Assembly (NCBI GenBank): GCA_040289385.1
Contig: PSLB01000001.1
Coordinates: 1-43,338 of the forward strand
DNA: 43,338 nt
Reading direction: 5' to 3'
Source of the DNA: Armatimonadota bacterium
GTDB lineage: Bacteria; Armatimonadota; Fimbriimonadia; Fimbriimonadales; GBS-DC
Shown here: positions 32,694-41,889 of the stretch, in pieces
How positions within the stretch are numbered: position 1 is the first letter of the stretch
How the letters are laid out: each line of letters opens with the position of its first letter
The notes under the pieces: generated by a model
Seen by the model: only the letters and a program-made list of their open reading frames with translations
What the model was told of the DNA's origin: nothing
Databases searched by the model: none
Made by a program: the position numbers and the translations under genes

Positions 32694-33937
32694 AACATCC
32701 TTCATCGATTAGGGACGCGAAGGCAGGTTCGGCACGGCGCGTTCTGCTGGTGCTGGAAAACCTACCTGTGCCCCACGATCGTCGGATGTGGCAGGTAGCC
32801 ACCTCCCTTCAGCGCGCGGGCTACCATGTATCGGTCATCTCACCGCGTCCGCATGTTGAGCCCGAATGCTGCGAGCTGGAAGGGGTTCATCTGTACCGTT
32901 ATCCGATGCTTCCGCCGACGCATAGCGTGGGCAACTTCGCGCGCGAGGCGTTCTACTGCCTCTGGAACACCTTCCGCCTAAGCCGACGCGTGGAGAAAGA
33001 GCAAGGTTTTGATGTGCTACATGTGGGCAATCCGTTGGATATCTTCTGGACGCTGGGGCTGTTTTATAAACTGCGTGGCAAGAAGTTCGTCTACGAGCAT
33101 CGCGATCTGTGTCCGGAACTGTACGAGGTACGGTTCAAGAAGCGTGGAGTGCTCTACCATTTGCAGGTGCTTTTTGAGCGATGGTCGTATCGGCTGGCGG
33201 ATATGATTATCGAGATGAACGAGTCGTACCGTCAGAACGCGCTGCAGCGAGGTCGGGCAAGCCCTGAGAAGATTGTGATTGTGCGTAGCGGTCCGCGCGC
33301 CTCCGAATTCGCCCCTGTTGAGCCCGATCCTACCATCAAAAAAGGGAAGAAGCATCTGGTGTGCTATCTTGGGATTATGGGACCGCAGGACGGGACGGAC
33401 ATCTTCGTGCGTGCGGCCCACCATATTGTGTTCAAGCGCGGCTACACCGATGTCCACTTTGTCGCAATTGGGTCGGGCGATTGCTTAGAAGAGGCGCAAC
33501 AACTGAGCCATCAGCTGGGGCTGGATGATTACATTACCTTCACGGGGTTCATCCGCGAGCGGGAGATTCTTCTGCGCTACCTCTCGACGGCGGATGTGGG
33601 TGTCGCCAGCGACCCTGACAACTCCTACACGGCTCGCTCTACGATGAACAAGATTATCGAGTTTATGGCGGTCGGTTTGCCGATTGTGGCGACCCGAAGC
33701 ATCGAGAACAAGTGGTCGGCTCAAGACGCCCTCATTTCACCGCCGGATGACCGTCCCGAATCGTTTGGCGACACGATTTTGGCGCTTTTGCAGGATGCGG
33801 CGCGTCGGCGCGCGATGAGCGAGTTTGGGCGGAAGCGGTTTCTGGAATGCCTCAGCTGGGAGCGGAGTGAAGCCGTGCTGTTGAGTGCCTACGACCGTCT
33901 CTTCTGCGGGCTTCCTCCGAACGGTGAGGTCAAATAA
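32687..33937 (+). CDS. glycosyltransferase family 4 (paralog 2 of 30243..31487)
   Basis: I trimmed track ORF 32426..33937 to ATG 32687, which overlaps the upstream stop. It is colinear with paralog 1 (VLLVLENLPVPHDRRMWQVATSLQRAGYHVSVISPR ... MNKIIEFMAVGLPIVAT). Confidence 0.85.
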   Translation: MLKHPSSIRDAKAGSARRVLLVLENLPVPHDRRMWQVATSLQRAGYHVSVISPRPHVEPECCELEGVHLYRYPMLPPTHSVGNFAREAFYCLWNTFRLSRRVEKEQGFDVLHVGNPLDIFWTLGLFYKLRGKKFVYEHRDLCPELYEVRFKKRGVLYHLQVLFERWSYRLADMIIEMNESYRQNALQRGRASPEKIVIVRSGPRASEFAPVEPDPTIKKGKKHLVCYLGIMGPQDGTDIFVRAAHHIVFKRGYTDVHFVAIGSGDCLEEAQQLSHQLGLDDYITFTGFIREREILLRYLSTADVGVASDPDNSYTARSTMNKIIEFMAVGLPIVATRSIENKWSAQDALISPPDDRPESFGDTILALLQDAARRRAMSEFGRKRFLECLSWERSEAVLLSAYDRLFCGLPPNGEVK

Positions 33938-33954
33938 CGGGTATCCTATAGCGT

Positions 33955-35529
33955 ATGCCCTGCGATATCCTTCTGCGCGGCGGGGTTGTCTACGATGGTT
34001 TGGGCAACCCTGGCCGGTGTGCCGATGTGGCGATCGCCGACGAGCGCATCGTTGCGATTGGGGAGTTGGATGGCTGGACTGCCACCGAGGAAGTGCATGT
34101 GGAAGGGCTTTGCGTGGCTCCTGCGTTTATCGATATCCACACCCATGCCGACTTCTCACTCAATCACCATCCCCAACAGATCAGTGTGCTTTACCAAGGT
34201 GTGGGCACGCAGGTCGGCGGCAACTGCGGAATTGCAATAGGGCAAATCGATGGCTCCGAACGGTTCCGTCAAGAGCAGCGTTGGCTCAAGCCCTACGGAG
34301 TCGAAATCACCTGGCGATCGATGCGTGAGTATCTGGACATTCTGGACTCGTTAGGCTTGGGCACGAACTATGTGCCTTTGTGTGGGCACGGCACCCTGCG
34401 CAAAAAGGTGATGGGCTTCGACAAACGCCCGCCGACTGAATCGGAACTGCGTGCCATGCAGGATGAGGTGCGCCAGTGTATGGAGGCAGGCGCATTCGGG
34501 TTCACCACAGGGCTAGAATATGTGCCGAACGCGTATGCCGAGCCTGCGGAGATTATCGCCTTAGCGCGTGTCGCAGGCGAGTACGGTGGATTCTATGCGA
34601 CCCACCTGCGCAGTGAAGGCGATTTTCTGGTGGAGTGTGTTGAAGAAGCCATTCAGATAGCCGAACAGGCAGGGGTGGCGCTCCAACTTTCGCACCACAA
34701 AGCGGAAGGGGAATCGAACTGGGGCAAGGTTCACCAGACGCTTCAGCGAGTTTCGGAGGCGGTGAAAAGCGGGCTAGACATCATGCTGGATGTGTACCCT
34801 TACACCGCTTACCAAACCTCGCTTGCTGTGGTCTGCCTCCCAGAGTGGGCGTTGGTGGGGGAGCCAAGCGAGATTTTGCAACGCATGCAGACCCCTTCGG
34901 AGCGTCAGCGATGGATCGAGGCGATGCGGTCGCGCCCTTGCGATTGGGAGCGCGCCGTTATCGGCTCTCTGCCTACCCAGCGTCATCTGCAGGGGTTAAC
35001 GTTCGCCGAAGCCGCCCGTCAACTGGGGCAATCGCCTGAGGAGACCGTTCTGGACCTGCTCGTGTCTGCTGGGGGGCATGTGGGAGTCGCTTGGTTCAAC
35101 ATGAGCGAGGAAGATATGGTGACGGTTCTGCAGTACCCGCTCGCTATGGTCGGCTCCGACGGGCTGGGGTACGATCCTCACCATCATAAGGACGAACGCC
35201 CCCATCCGCGAAGCTACGGCACTTTCCCGCGCGTGTTGGGACGCTATGTGCGTGAACAGGGGGTCCTGCCTTTGGAAACTGCCCTGTTCAAAATGACCGG
35301 GCTTCCTGCAGCACGCCTGGGGTTGACGGATCGTGGCGTCCTTTTGCCGGGTGCATATGCGGATATTGTGGTCTTCGACTTTGGGCGGATTCAGGACCAT
35401 GCCACCTTCCAAGACCCTCATCGTCTCTCGGAGGGGGTGATACACCTCCTGATTAACGGACGGTGGACCCTTCGCAAGGCGCAGTTTACTGGGACGCGTG
35501 CGGGGCGCGTCTTGCGGAAAACCGTTTAG
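33955..35529 (+). CDS. N-acyl-D-amino-acid deacylase (D-aminoacylase), amidohydrolase superfamily
   Basis: DILLRGGVVYDGLG, the metal motif PAFIDIHTHAD, HLRSEG, LQLSHHKA and GSDG are present. Confidence 0.85.
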   Translation: MPCDILLRGGVVYDGLGNPGRCADVAIADERIVAIGELDGWTATEEVHVEGLCVAPAFIDIHTHADFSLNHHPQQISVLYQGVGTQVGGNCGIAIGQIDGSERFRQEQRWLKPYGVEITWRSMREYLDILDSLGLGTNYVPLCGHGTLRKKVMGFDKRPPTESELRAMQDEVRQCMEAGAFGFTTGLEYVPNAYAEPAEIIALARVAGEYGGFYATHLRSEGDFLVECVEEAIQIAEQAGVALQLSHHKAEGESNWGKVHQTLQRVSEAVKSGLDIMLDVYPYTAYQTSLAVVCLPEWALVGEPSEILQRMQTPSERQRWIEAMRSRPCDWERAVIGSLPTQRHLQGLTFAEAARQLGQSPEETVLDLLVSAGGHVGVAWFNMSEEDMVTVLQYPLAMVGSDGLGYDPHHHKDERPHPRSYGTFPRVLGRYVREQGVLPLETALFKMTGLPAARLGLTDRGVLLPGAYADIVVFDFGRIQDHATFQDPHRLSEGVIHLLINGRWTLRKAQFTGTRAGRVLRKTV

Positions 35530-35996
35530 CGCGCTGGTTCCGCGACTTCATCGCGCACTGGAAGGGGTTCCAGAAGCATCTCCTTCGTGGCGATGAACGC
35601 GTCGCGCGTATAGTCAGCTAACTCATAGTCTTCACGCAGCACGATGGCGCCCGTTGGGCATGCATCTTGACAGTATCCACAGTAGATACAGCGCAGAAGG
35701 TTGATCTCGTACCGCTTGGCATAGCGCTCACCGGGCGAGTAGCGTTCGGTATCGGTGTTCTCTGCGGCTTCCACATAGATACAGCGCACAGGGCATGCCC
35801 CCGCGCAGAGCGAACAGCCGATACAGCGTTCCAGCCCGTTCTCGTAGCGTAGTAGCACATGGCGCCAACGGGTACGCGGGAACTGCTCCTTGCGCTCTTC
35901 GGGATAGAAGACCGTATCTTTGGGCTCAAAGAAGTGTCGGAGGGTAATCCGCAGACCCTTGCTAATCGGTTTAATGACATCCCGAAACAGGTTCAT
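35526..35996 (-). CDS. nuoI: NADH-quinone oxidoreductase subunit I (2x[4Fe-4S] ferredoxin-type)
   Basis: The N-terminus FRDVIKPISKGLRITLRHFF..TVFYPEE matches NuoI. The two cluster motifs are CIGCSLCAGACP and CIYCGYCQDACP. Confidence 0.85.
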   Translation of the reverse strand: MNLFRDVIKPISKGLRITLRHFFEPKDTVFYPEERKEQFPRTRWRHVLLRYENGLERCIGCSLCAGACPVRCIYVEAAENTDTERYSPGERYAKRYEINLLRCIYCGYCQDACPTGAIVLREDYELADYTRDAFIATKEMLLEPLPVRDEVAEPAR

Positions 35997-35997
35997 T

Positions 35998-36606
35998 TTA
36001 CGAGCCTCCCTCTTTGCTGGGCGGTAGGGCAGACGGCTTCGCGTTGTTCTCTATGGCGCTGGTGCGACGCGTGGGGAGTTCTAACAGCATCCCCAGTCGC
36101 TGGGTACGAATCTTCTGCTGGAGCTTGATGAGCGCGTAGACAAGCGCATCGGGTGAGGGCGGACAGCCAGGCACATAGACATCTACAGGCACAATCTGAT
36201 CCACTCCTTGCACAATCGCGTAGTTGTTGAAGATTCCCCCGCAAGAGGCGCATGCCCCCATCGAAACCACCCACTTCGGGGTAGGCATCTGGTCATAGAT
36301 TTGGCGTAGCACAGGCGCCATCTTTTTACTTACCCGCCCTGCCACAATCATTAGGTCCGCTTGACGCGGCGATGCACGGAACACCTCCATCCCGAAACGC
36401 GCAATATCAAACCGCGAGCCCGCTGTGGACATCATCTCAATCGCACAACACGCCAATCCAAAGGTGAGCGGAAAAATGCTGTTGCGCCGTGCCCAATTCA
36501 CAATCTCGTCCAGCCGTGTCAGCAACACATTCCCACCCATTTCGAGGTTCGGGATCGAAGGCGTCGCCGAATCGCGCAGGACAATCTCTTGAACATGCTT
36601 TTCCAT
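35998..36606 (-). CDS. nuoB: NADH-quinone oxidoreductase subunit B
   Basis: [31 protein letters not shown] and VPGCPPSP supply the cluster N2 cysteines. Confidence 0.9.
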   Translation of the reverse strand: MEKHVQEIVLRDSATPSIPNLEMGGNVLLTRLDEIVNWARRNSIFPLTFGLACCAIEMMSTAGSRFDIARFGMEVFRASPRQADLMIVAGRVSKKMAPVLRQIYDQMPTPKWVVSMGACASCGGIFNNYAIVQGVDQIVPVDVYVPGCPPSPDALVYALIKLQQKIRTQRLGMLLELPTRRTSAIENNAKPSALPPSKEGGS

Positions 36607-36651
36607 AGGCTACCACCACCCTAAGTGTACCCGATTTCACCCCAAAACGGG

Positions 36652-36657
36652 TATAAT
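36652..36657 (+). promoter_or_regulatory. -10 box (TATAAT) upstream of metK
   Basis: The sequence reads acggGTATAATgcc, 32 nt before the ATG, with AGGAGG 7 nt before the ATG. Confidence 0.4.
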
Positions 36658-36689
36658 GCCTCCTGACTGAAAAAGCAGGAGGTCAGCCG

Positions 36690-37826
36690 ATGCTTCAACC
36701 CTTTACATCAGAGAGTGTTACCGAGGGGCATCCCGACAAGTTAGCCGATCAGATAAGCGATGCGGTTTTGGATGAGTGCTTAGCGCAAGATTCGCAGGCG
36801 CGCGTTGCAATGGAGACCTTGCTCACGCGTGGGTTGGTGATCGTCGCGGGCGAGCTCACCACCCATGCCTATGTCGAGATTCCGGATGTGGTTCGGCGCA
36901 CCATCAACGAGGTGGGGTACACCCGTACCGAGTACGGATTTGAGGGCGATACATGCGGCGTGATGGTGGCGATTCAGGAGCAGTCGCCGAACATCGAGCA
37001 GGGAGTCGATGTGGGGGGCGCAGGCGACCAGGGCATGATGTTCGGCTTTGCGTGCAACGAAACGCCCGAGCTCATGCCGCTTCCCATCACGATTGCGCAC
37101 GCGCTCACACGCCGGCTCACCGAGGTGCGCAAGTCTCAGCCCGAGCTGGGGTTCCGCCCAGATGGCAAGTCGCAGGTGACGGTGTTGTACGAGAACAGCG
37201 TCCCGAAAGCGATCGATACCGTCGTCATCTCCACCCAACACGATCCTGAGCTGAGCCAAAATGAGGTGCGTGAACGCGTTCTGGAGTTTGTCATCCGTCC
37301 CGTATTGGAGCGGTTCGCCGACCGAGTGGATATAAACGCCAAGCGCTACTATGTGAACCCGACGGGCGTGTTCGTCATCGGGGGACCCCAAGCCGATACG
37401 GGCGTAACGGGACGCAAGATTATTGTGGATACCTACGGCGGCTACTGCCGACATGGAGGCGGCGCGTTCTCCGGTAAGGACCCCACTAAGGTCGATCGCT
37501 CGGCGACCTATATGGCGCGCTACTTGGCAAAAAACATCGTTGCCGCAGGGCTATGTGATCGGGTGGAGATTCAGATCTCCTATGCAATTGGCGTCGCACA
37601 GCCTGTCTCCTTGTTGCTGGAAACCTTCGGGACACACCGTGTTGACCCTGCGAAGATTGTCCAGTGCATTCGCGGCCAGTTCGATTTGAGCCCACGCGGG
37701 ATTATCCAGTTCTTAGACCTCCAGAAGCCGCAGTATCTTCCGACGGCGAAGAACGGGCATTTTGGTCATCCCTCATTTCGTTGGGAACAGCGCGATTCGG
37801 TTCCGATCTTTGCCGAACTGCGGTAG
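36690..37826 (+). CDS. metK: S-adenosylmethionine synthetase
   Basis: [57 protein letters not shown] and [17 protein letters not shown] are canonical MetK motifs. Confidence 0.95.
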   Translation: MLQPFTSESVTEGHPDKLADQISDAVLDECLAQDSQARVAMETLLTRGLVIVAGELTTHAYVEIPDVVRRTINEVGYTRTEYGFEGDTCGVMVAIQEQSPNIEQGVDVGGAGDQGMMFGFACNETPELMPLPITIAHALTRRLTEVRKSQPELGFRPDGKSQVTVLYENSVPKAIDTVVISTQHDPELSQNEVRERVLEFVIRPVLERFADRVDINAKRYYVNPTGVFVIGGPQADTGVTGRKIIVDTYGGYCRHGGGAFSGKDPTKVDRSATYMARYLAKNIVAAGLCDRVEIQISYAIGVAQPVSLLLETFGTHRVDPAKIVQCIRGQFDLSPRGIIQFLDLQKPQYLPTAKNGHFGHPSFRWEQRDSVPIFAELR

Positions 37827-38462
37827 ATGGTGCGCACCTCGATGGAGATTGGCTATGAGTTGCTGACGCAAGGGCGTTATAGTGAGGCGCGTTCCATCCT
37901 TGAGCGGGCGGTCGCGGAATACCCGAAGGCACCGCGAGCCCATCTGTATCTGGCGATTGTGTTGGATCAGCAGGGTGAGACCGCTCGCGCAGAGCATCAC
38001 TTTACTCAAGCGATTAGCTTAGCCCCTACGGATCCTGCCAGCTTCTACAACTGGGGGGCTTTCTTACACCGTCAGGGGCGTCTGCGCGAGGCGCTGAACG
38101 CCTATGAGACGGCGTATCGCTTGGACCCGACGCTGGTCGGGGCGATGCAGGCAGCGACCGCCTTGCGTCAAGCACTGGGCTTCCCAAGCGCGCCCCCACC
38201 GCCTGCCGTCCCCGTGCTGTCTAAGCCATCACCCCACAAAGGGGTCATCTGGGTAAGGTTAGGGATTTTTTTCTCAGTCCTAGGATTGTGCCTACCCAAG
38301 GTAGGATTGTCGTTGGGCATTCTGTGCGGCCTGTTAGCAATGCGGGCTGGCTCGAAATGGGGAGGATTGACAGTGATCGTGCTGACAATCTTGCTGTTTG
38401 CACTGGGCGCAGATGCAGAGTCGCTGATGCGCTCGGAGATCCAGAGCCACCTCCCCCGTTAG
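37827..38462 (+). CDS. TPR-repeat protein with C-terminal transmembrane segments
   Basis: Three or more TPR-like units are present (GRYSEARSILERAVAEYPKAPRAHLYLA..., GRLREALNAYETAYRLDP). Two hydrophobic spans follow. The start abuts the metK stop (TAGATG). Confidence 0.7.
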   Translation: MVRTSMEIGYELLTQGRYSEARSILERAVAEYPKAPRAHLYLAIVLDQQGETARAEHHFTQAISLAPTDPASFYNWGAFLHRQGRLREALNAYETAYRLDPTLVGAMQAATALRQALGFPSAPPPPAVPVLSKPSPHKGVIWVRLGIFFSVLGLCLPKVGLSLGILCGLLAMRAGSKWGGLTVIVLTILLFALGADAESLMRSEIQSHLPR

Positions 38463-38758
38463 TAGCGAACGACTTGATGTTGGCTCGCTTCCAGAGCACG
38501 TACCCGTTCCTGAAGGTTCTCCAAATTCGCCTGCAGGCTCATGTCGTACTGGGTCGTGGTCTGACGAAGCTCAGCGATTTCTTGACGCAATGCCTCTATC
38601 TGTTTTAGGATCTCCTCATTGCTCTTGCGCCGTTTTTCCAGCTCGAGCATAGCCATCTCTTTGCGATGCTTTTGGGTTATCGCCAAGACAGGCACGATGA
38701 GTGCCGGCCCGAAAATGAACACCACAACCATCAGCGCAATTAGCTCACCCATATCCAT
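38459..38758 (-). CDS. small single-pass membrane protein with coiled-coil tail (PspB-like architecture)
   Basis: The start is set at ATG 38758, with GGAGGGG just upstream. The product is MDMGELIALMVVVFIFGPALIVPVLAI, followed by a charged heptad-like tail. Confidence 0.5.
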   Translation of the reverse strand: MDMGELIALMVVVFIFGPALIVPVLAITQKHRKEMAMLELEKRRKSNEEILKQIEALRQEIAELRQTTTQYDMSLQANLENLQERVRALEASQHQVVRY

Positions 38759-38821
38759 TATCCCCTCCTGTGCGCGTGAACCCGTTCCCATTCGTGCACT
38801 TGCCGATAAATGATACCCTAT

Positions 38822-39967
38822 TTACACAATCCGACGCTCGACTATCGCCACAGGATCGAAGGTGCGCAGGCGCCATCCGATTGTAAATAGGGCGAACGCC
38901 AGCACCATTAGGGGAACTGGCAGGGTGTATCGGTAGGCGATTGGGTCTAACGGCTCCAAATAAAGCCCACGCGGCTTCATCACGGCACTTTTCGCCCAAA
39001 ACAGCACGCCGAGTGTCACCACCACCCCCAACCCCCATCCGAGAAGCACCACCACGATAGTCTCGGTGGAGACGCGCCAAAGGAGTTCGCGTCGTGTGTA
39101 GCCAATCGCTTGGAGAAGCCCGAACTCCACCAGACGCTGCTGAAAATAGATGTTCGCCAGTAGCCCTGTCATCGTCGCCAGCATGAAGGCGACCACCACC
39201 ACCACGATGCCTGTGATGAAGTAGAGGTTCTGGAAGGCTTTGTGGGTCTCTTCCTGTAGTTCGGCGTAGGTCCAGACACGGGCTTGTTCGCCGCGTAGGT
39301 TCTCGCGGAGCCACTGATCGAGCTGGGACTGGGTGCGCACATCCGACGCAAAGACAATCAGATTGCGAACGGGTGCAAAAAAGTTATTGCGAATGAACTC
39401 ATAGGAAGCGATAGCCAGCCAAGTATCGCCCTCCAGCACACCGACAACACGCACGGGCACGGGGGCATACTGGTCTGGGATGAGGGGCGAAAGCAACACA
39501 TCGCCCATCCTTAGCTTTTTGTTGCGCATCAGGGGCTCCGATAAGGCGACTTCGGGCTGGTTGGGCTCTGGGTAGCGTCCTTGTGCCAGACGCAGGCGAC
39601 AGCGCGCGACCAACAGCTCGACATGCTCCTGCTTGAGCCCGAAGATGACGAAGGGCATTTTGCCCACAATCGTCTCAGCGTTCATAAAGCTGACGACGGT
39701 CTCAAAATGCATCTGGTAGCCCGGCGCATTTTGGATGCGCTCCATGAGCTCTGGCTTAAGACGCTCGGCACCGCGCGGGCTAATCGCCGCAAAGTAGCGG
39801 TTGTAATCGTAAATTTTGAGAATGGTACGATCGATAGAATTAAGCAGAGCGACCACGCTGGCGATGGTCAGCACAGCTAACGCCAACACCAGCGTCAACG
39901 GGAGCGATCGCCCCGGATTGCGGATTAAAAACAGGAGCGGTGAAAGGGGATGGCGTTTCCATATCAT
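38822..39967 (-). CDS. ABC transporter permease, FtsX/MacB-like (no adjacent ATPase)
   Basis: It has an N-terminal TM span and a large extracytoplasmic domain. The C-terminal FtsX-type 3-TM bundle reads GIVVVVVAFMLATMTGLLANIYFQQRLVEFGLLQAIGYTRRELL. Confidence 0.78.
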   Translation of the reverse strand: MIWKRHPLSPLLFLIRNPGRSLPLTLVLALAVLTIASVVALLNSIDRTILKIYDYNRYFAAISPRGAERLKPELMERIQNAPGYQMHFETVVSFMNAETIVGKMPFVIFGLKQEHVELLVARCRLRLAQGRYPEPNQPEVALSEPLMRNKKLRMGDVLLSPLIPDQYAPVPVRVVGVLEGDTWLAIASYEFIRNNFFAPVRNLIVFASDVRTQSQLDQWLRENLRGEQARVWTYAELQEETHKAFQNLYFITGIVVVVVAFMLATMTGLLANIYFQQRLVEFGLLQAIGYTRRELLWRVSTETIVVVLLGWGLGVVVTLGVLFWAKSAVMKPRGLYLEPLDPIAYRYTLPVPLMVLAFALFTIGWRLRTFDPVAIVERRIV

Positions 39968-40019
39968 ACCGACCCAATTATAGCATGCGCAGGGCGCGGG
40001 AAGCAGGTAGAATTAGACT

Positions 40020-40505
40020 ATGCCAAAGTTCAAAGACGGCGACAGTGTGCAGGTTAAAGTGCGCGAGGTGCAGGGCAAAGAGGCTTTCGAAGGGGGGTAT
40101 GCCCCCCATCTGGGCGGGACACGAGGCACTATCCTGAAGGTCTACTCCCCGCAAGAGGTTGCGGTAGACCTCGACATCGACAGTCTGCCTGAAAGTGTGC
40201 GCCATCGTCATGCCGAACAGCAGAGCGCGATGCACGAGAAATGGCTCAACAGCCTTTCCGAAGAAGCACGCAACCGCCTGACTGATGAAGAGAAGAGCTT
40301 CCGCTTGCGCTATGTCGTCCTCTTGAGCGAGGCGGACTTGGAACCGCTCAAGGAATCTGCCCGCATATCCGACAGATCCAAACAAAGCGCCAGCAAGGCA
40401 TCTCGCGGGGGCAAGATCATCGGAGAGTCCGCCCCCACTCGCCCGACACCTGCCCAGCTGGATCAGCTGGAGGAGCAGTACCTAAAGGCGCGTCGGCAAC
40501 GCTAA
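40020..40505 (+). CDS. hypothetical protein (161 aa; N-terminal SH3-like KFKDGDSVQVKV segment, charged helical C-terminus)
   Basis: This is a clean ORF. I can make no confident family assignment. Confidence 0.5.
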   Translation: MPKFKDGDSVQVKVREVQGKEAFEGGYAPHLGGTRGTILKVYSPQEVAVDLDIDSLPESVRHRHAEQQSAMHEKWLNSLSEEARNRLTDEEKSFRLRYVVLLSEADLEPLKESARISDRSKQSASKASRGGKIIGESAPTRPTPAQLDQLEEQYLKARRQR

Positions 40506-40541
40506 CTATGCAGTCAGCGCGTGCAGGAACTGGGGAAGCGT

Positions 40542-40868
40542 CTACAGACAGATAAAACTAGCGCCGGTCCGCTCCATCCACTGGTTGGTTAGGGTGGCAC
40601 TAGCCTGCTTGGGGCATACAACTGCACAGCGCATGGCACTCAGGTTCCGCACACTGACCACGCGCCGAATTTGCCCCAGCTCCTCGGTGATGAGTGTGCT
40701 TCCACTTTTACACTTCAGTGATGCCAGTCGAAACTCATGGCGCGTCCAGGGCCCAATCAGGATGTCCACTTCGAAGCTCCCGCCTTTTTCCGATTCGAAG
40801 CGGGCGTTGTGCAGAAGAAAGTGCGGGTAAGGCGCGAGCAGGCGCGACCCATACTCCGCCACACCCAT
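40542..40868 (-). CDS. hypothetical protein (108 aa), weak resemblance to PD-(D/E)xK / Mrr-type nuclease core
   Basis: FEVDILIG...LASLKCKSG...AVVCP loosely fits a D...xK core pattern. No SD was seen, so this could be a non-coding ORF. Confidence 0.35.
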   Translation of the reverse strand: MGVAEYGSRLLAPYPHFLLHNARFESEKGGSFEVDILIGPWTRHEFRLASLKCKSGSTLITEELGQIRRVVSVRNLSAMRCAVVCPKQASATLTNQWMERTGASFICL

Positions 40869-41067
40869 CTCGAACCACTGACCTGATAACCGAGTTGCAC
40901 CCGTACAGACTCTCGCTCACTTCGCTCATCGGATAGGTTCCCGAGAGCAAAATGGGCTACACAGGACGATGGCTGAATTAAGGAAAGGGAGTCCCCCAAT
41001 GCTCCTGCCCGAACTGCTGAGTGTGGTTCTGCTCTAAATGTGGAATAACCGAAATGGAGGCAACAGA

Positions 41068-41889
41068 ATGCGGGCAGTTGAGCGTACGACCCTGTTAGGA
41101 TGCTATCGCTGTGGGGCATTTTCAAAGGCTGTGGCGACGATTCGCTCCCTTCCGAAGGGTATCGGGAGACGCACCGTTGCCCTTGCTGCAGGCTGGCTTC
41201 TGTGCGTATTTGCAGGGACGGCATTAGGGGAGGGCGACTTGCATTGGTTCACTCTGCACGAGTATGTGGTGCAGTTAAATCAGTTAAGGGTCTCTTTCGG
41301 CTTGCCCCCTTTGAAATTGAATTGGGCTCTGTGTGAGGCGGCACAGGCTCAGGCGAACGAGGTCCTGATAGTTCAGGAGTGTTCGCATGTGGATCGCAAG
41401 GGGCGCCGTGCGGATAGGCGTGCATTGGAAGCGGGCTACCCCTTCTCGATTCTGGCGGAAAACCTCGCTGCAGGGCAACCCACTTGGGAGCGCGCTTTAG
41501 AAGGATGGCTCAATAGCCCGTCGCATCGGATGGCAATGTTGGCGCCAGACTATCGCGAAGTCGGGATTGGCAGTGCTTGGGGCACAGGCAAGCGATTCAC
41601 CCACGCTTGGGCACAAGTGCTGGGCACACGACGAGGGGTCTACCCCCTCATCATCGAACTGGATGCCCTCTGGACCGACTCGCCAAGGGTGCGCCTTTAT
41701 GTGCATGGCGCCCAATACGCCAGCGCCGTGCGCTTCAGCAACGACGGGGAACAGTGGACGGACTGGATGCCCCCAAAAGAGTGGATGGATTGGGAACTTC
41801 CCAACGAGCCTGGCGAGCATACCGTGTTTGTGCAACTGCGAATTCGGGGACGAATCTACGAATCGTCAGATAGCATCCTCTTGCGGTAG
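41068..41889 (+). CDS. CAP/SCP (PR-1-like, YkwD-type) domain secreted protein
   Basis: The start is at ATG 41068, with GGAGG 7 nt upstream. The signal-like segment is RRTVALAAGWLLCVFAGTALG. CAP motifs are LNQLRVSFGLPPL, ENLAAGQ and GWLNSPSHRMAMLAPDYREVGIG. Confidence 0.78.
   Translation: MRAVERTTLLGCYRCGAFSKAVATIRSLPKGIGRRTVALAAGWLLCVFAGTALGEGDLHWFTLHEYVVQLNQLRVSFGLPPLKLNWALCEAAQAQANEVLIVQECSHVDRKGRRADRRALEAGYPFSILAENLAAGQPTWERALEGWLNSPSHRMAMLAPDYREVGIGSAWGTGKRFTHAWAQVLGTRRGVYPLIIELDALWTDSPRVRLYVHGAQYASAVRFSNDGEQWTDWMPPKEWMDWELPNEPGEHTVFVQLRIRGRIYESSDSILLR

Noticed and set aside
36659-36689. The hairpin CCTCCTG-N10-CAGGAGG sequesters the metK Shine-Dalgarno sequence, so I considered a SAM riboswitch.
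   Set aside because: The leader is only about 30 nt. The 5' arm overlaps the likely transcription start just after the TATAAT at 36652-36657. None of the SAM riboswitch classes I know fits in so short a sequence.
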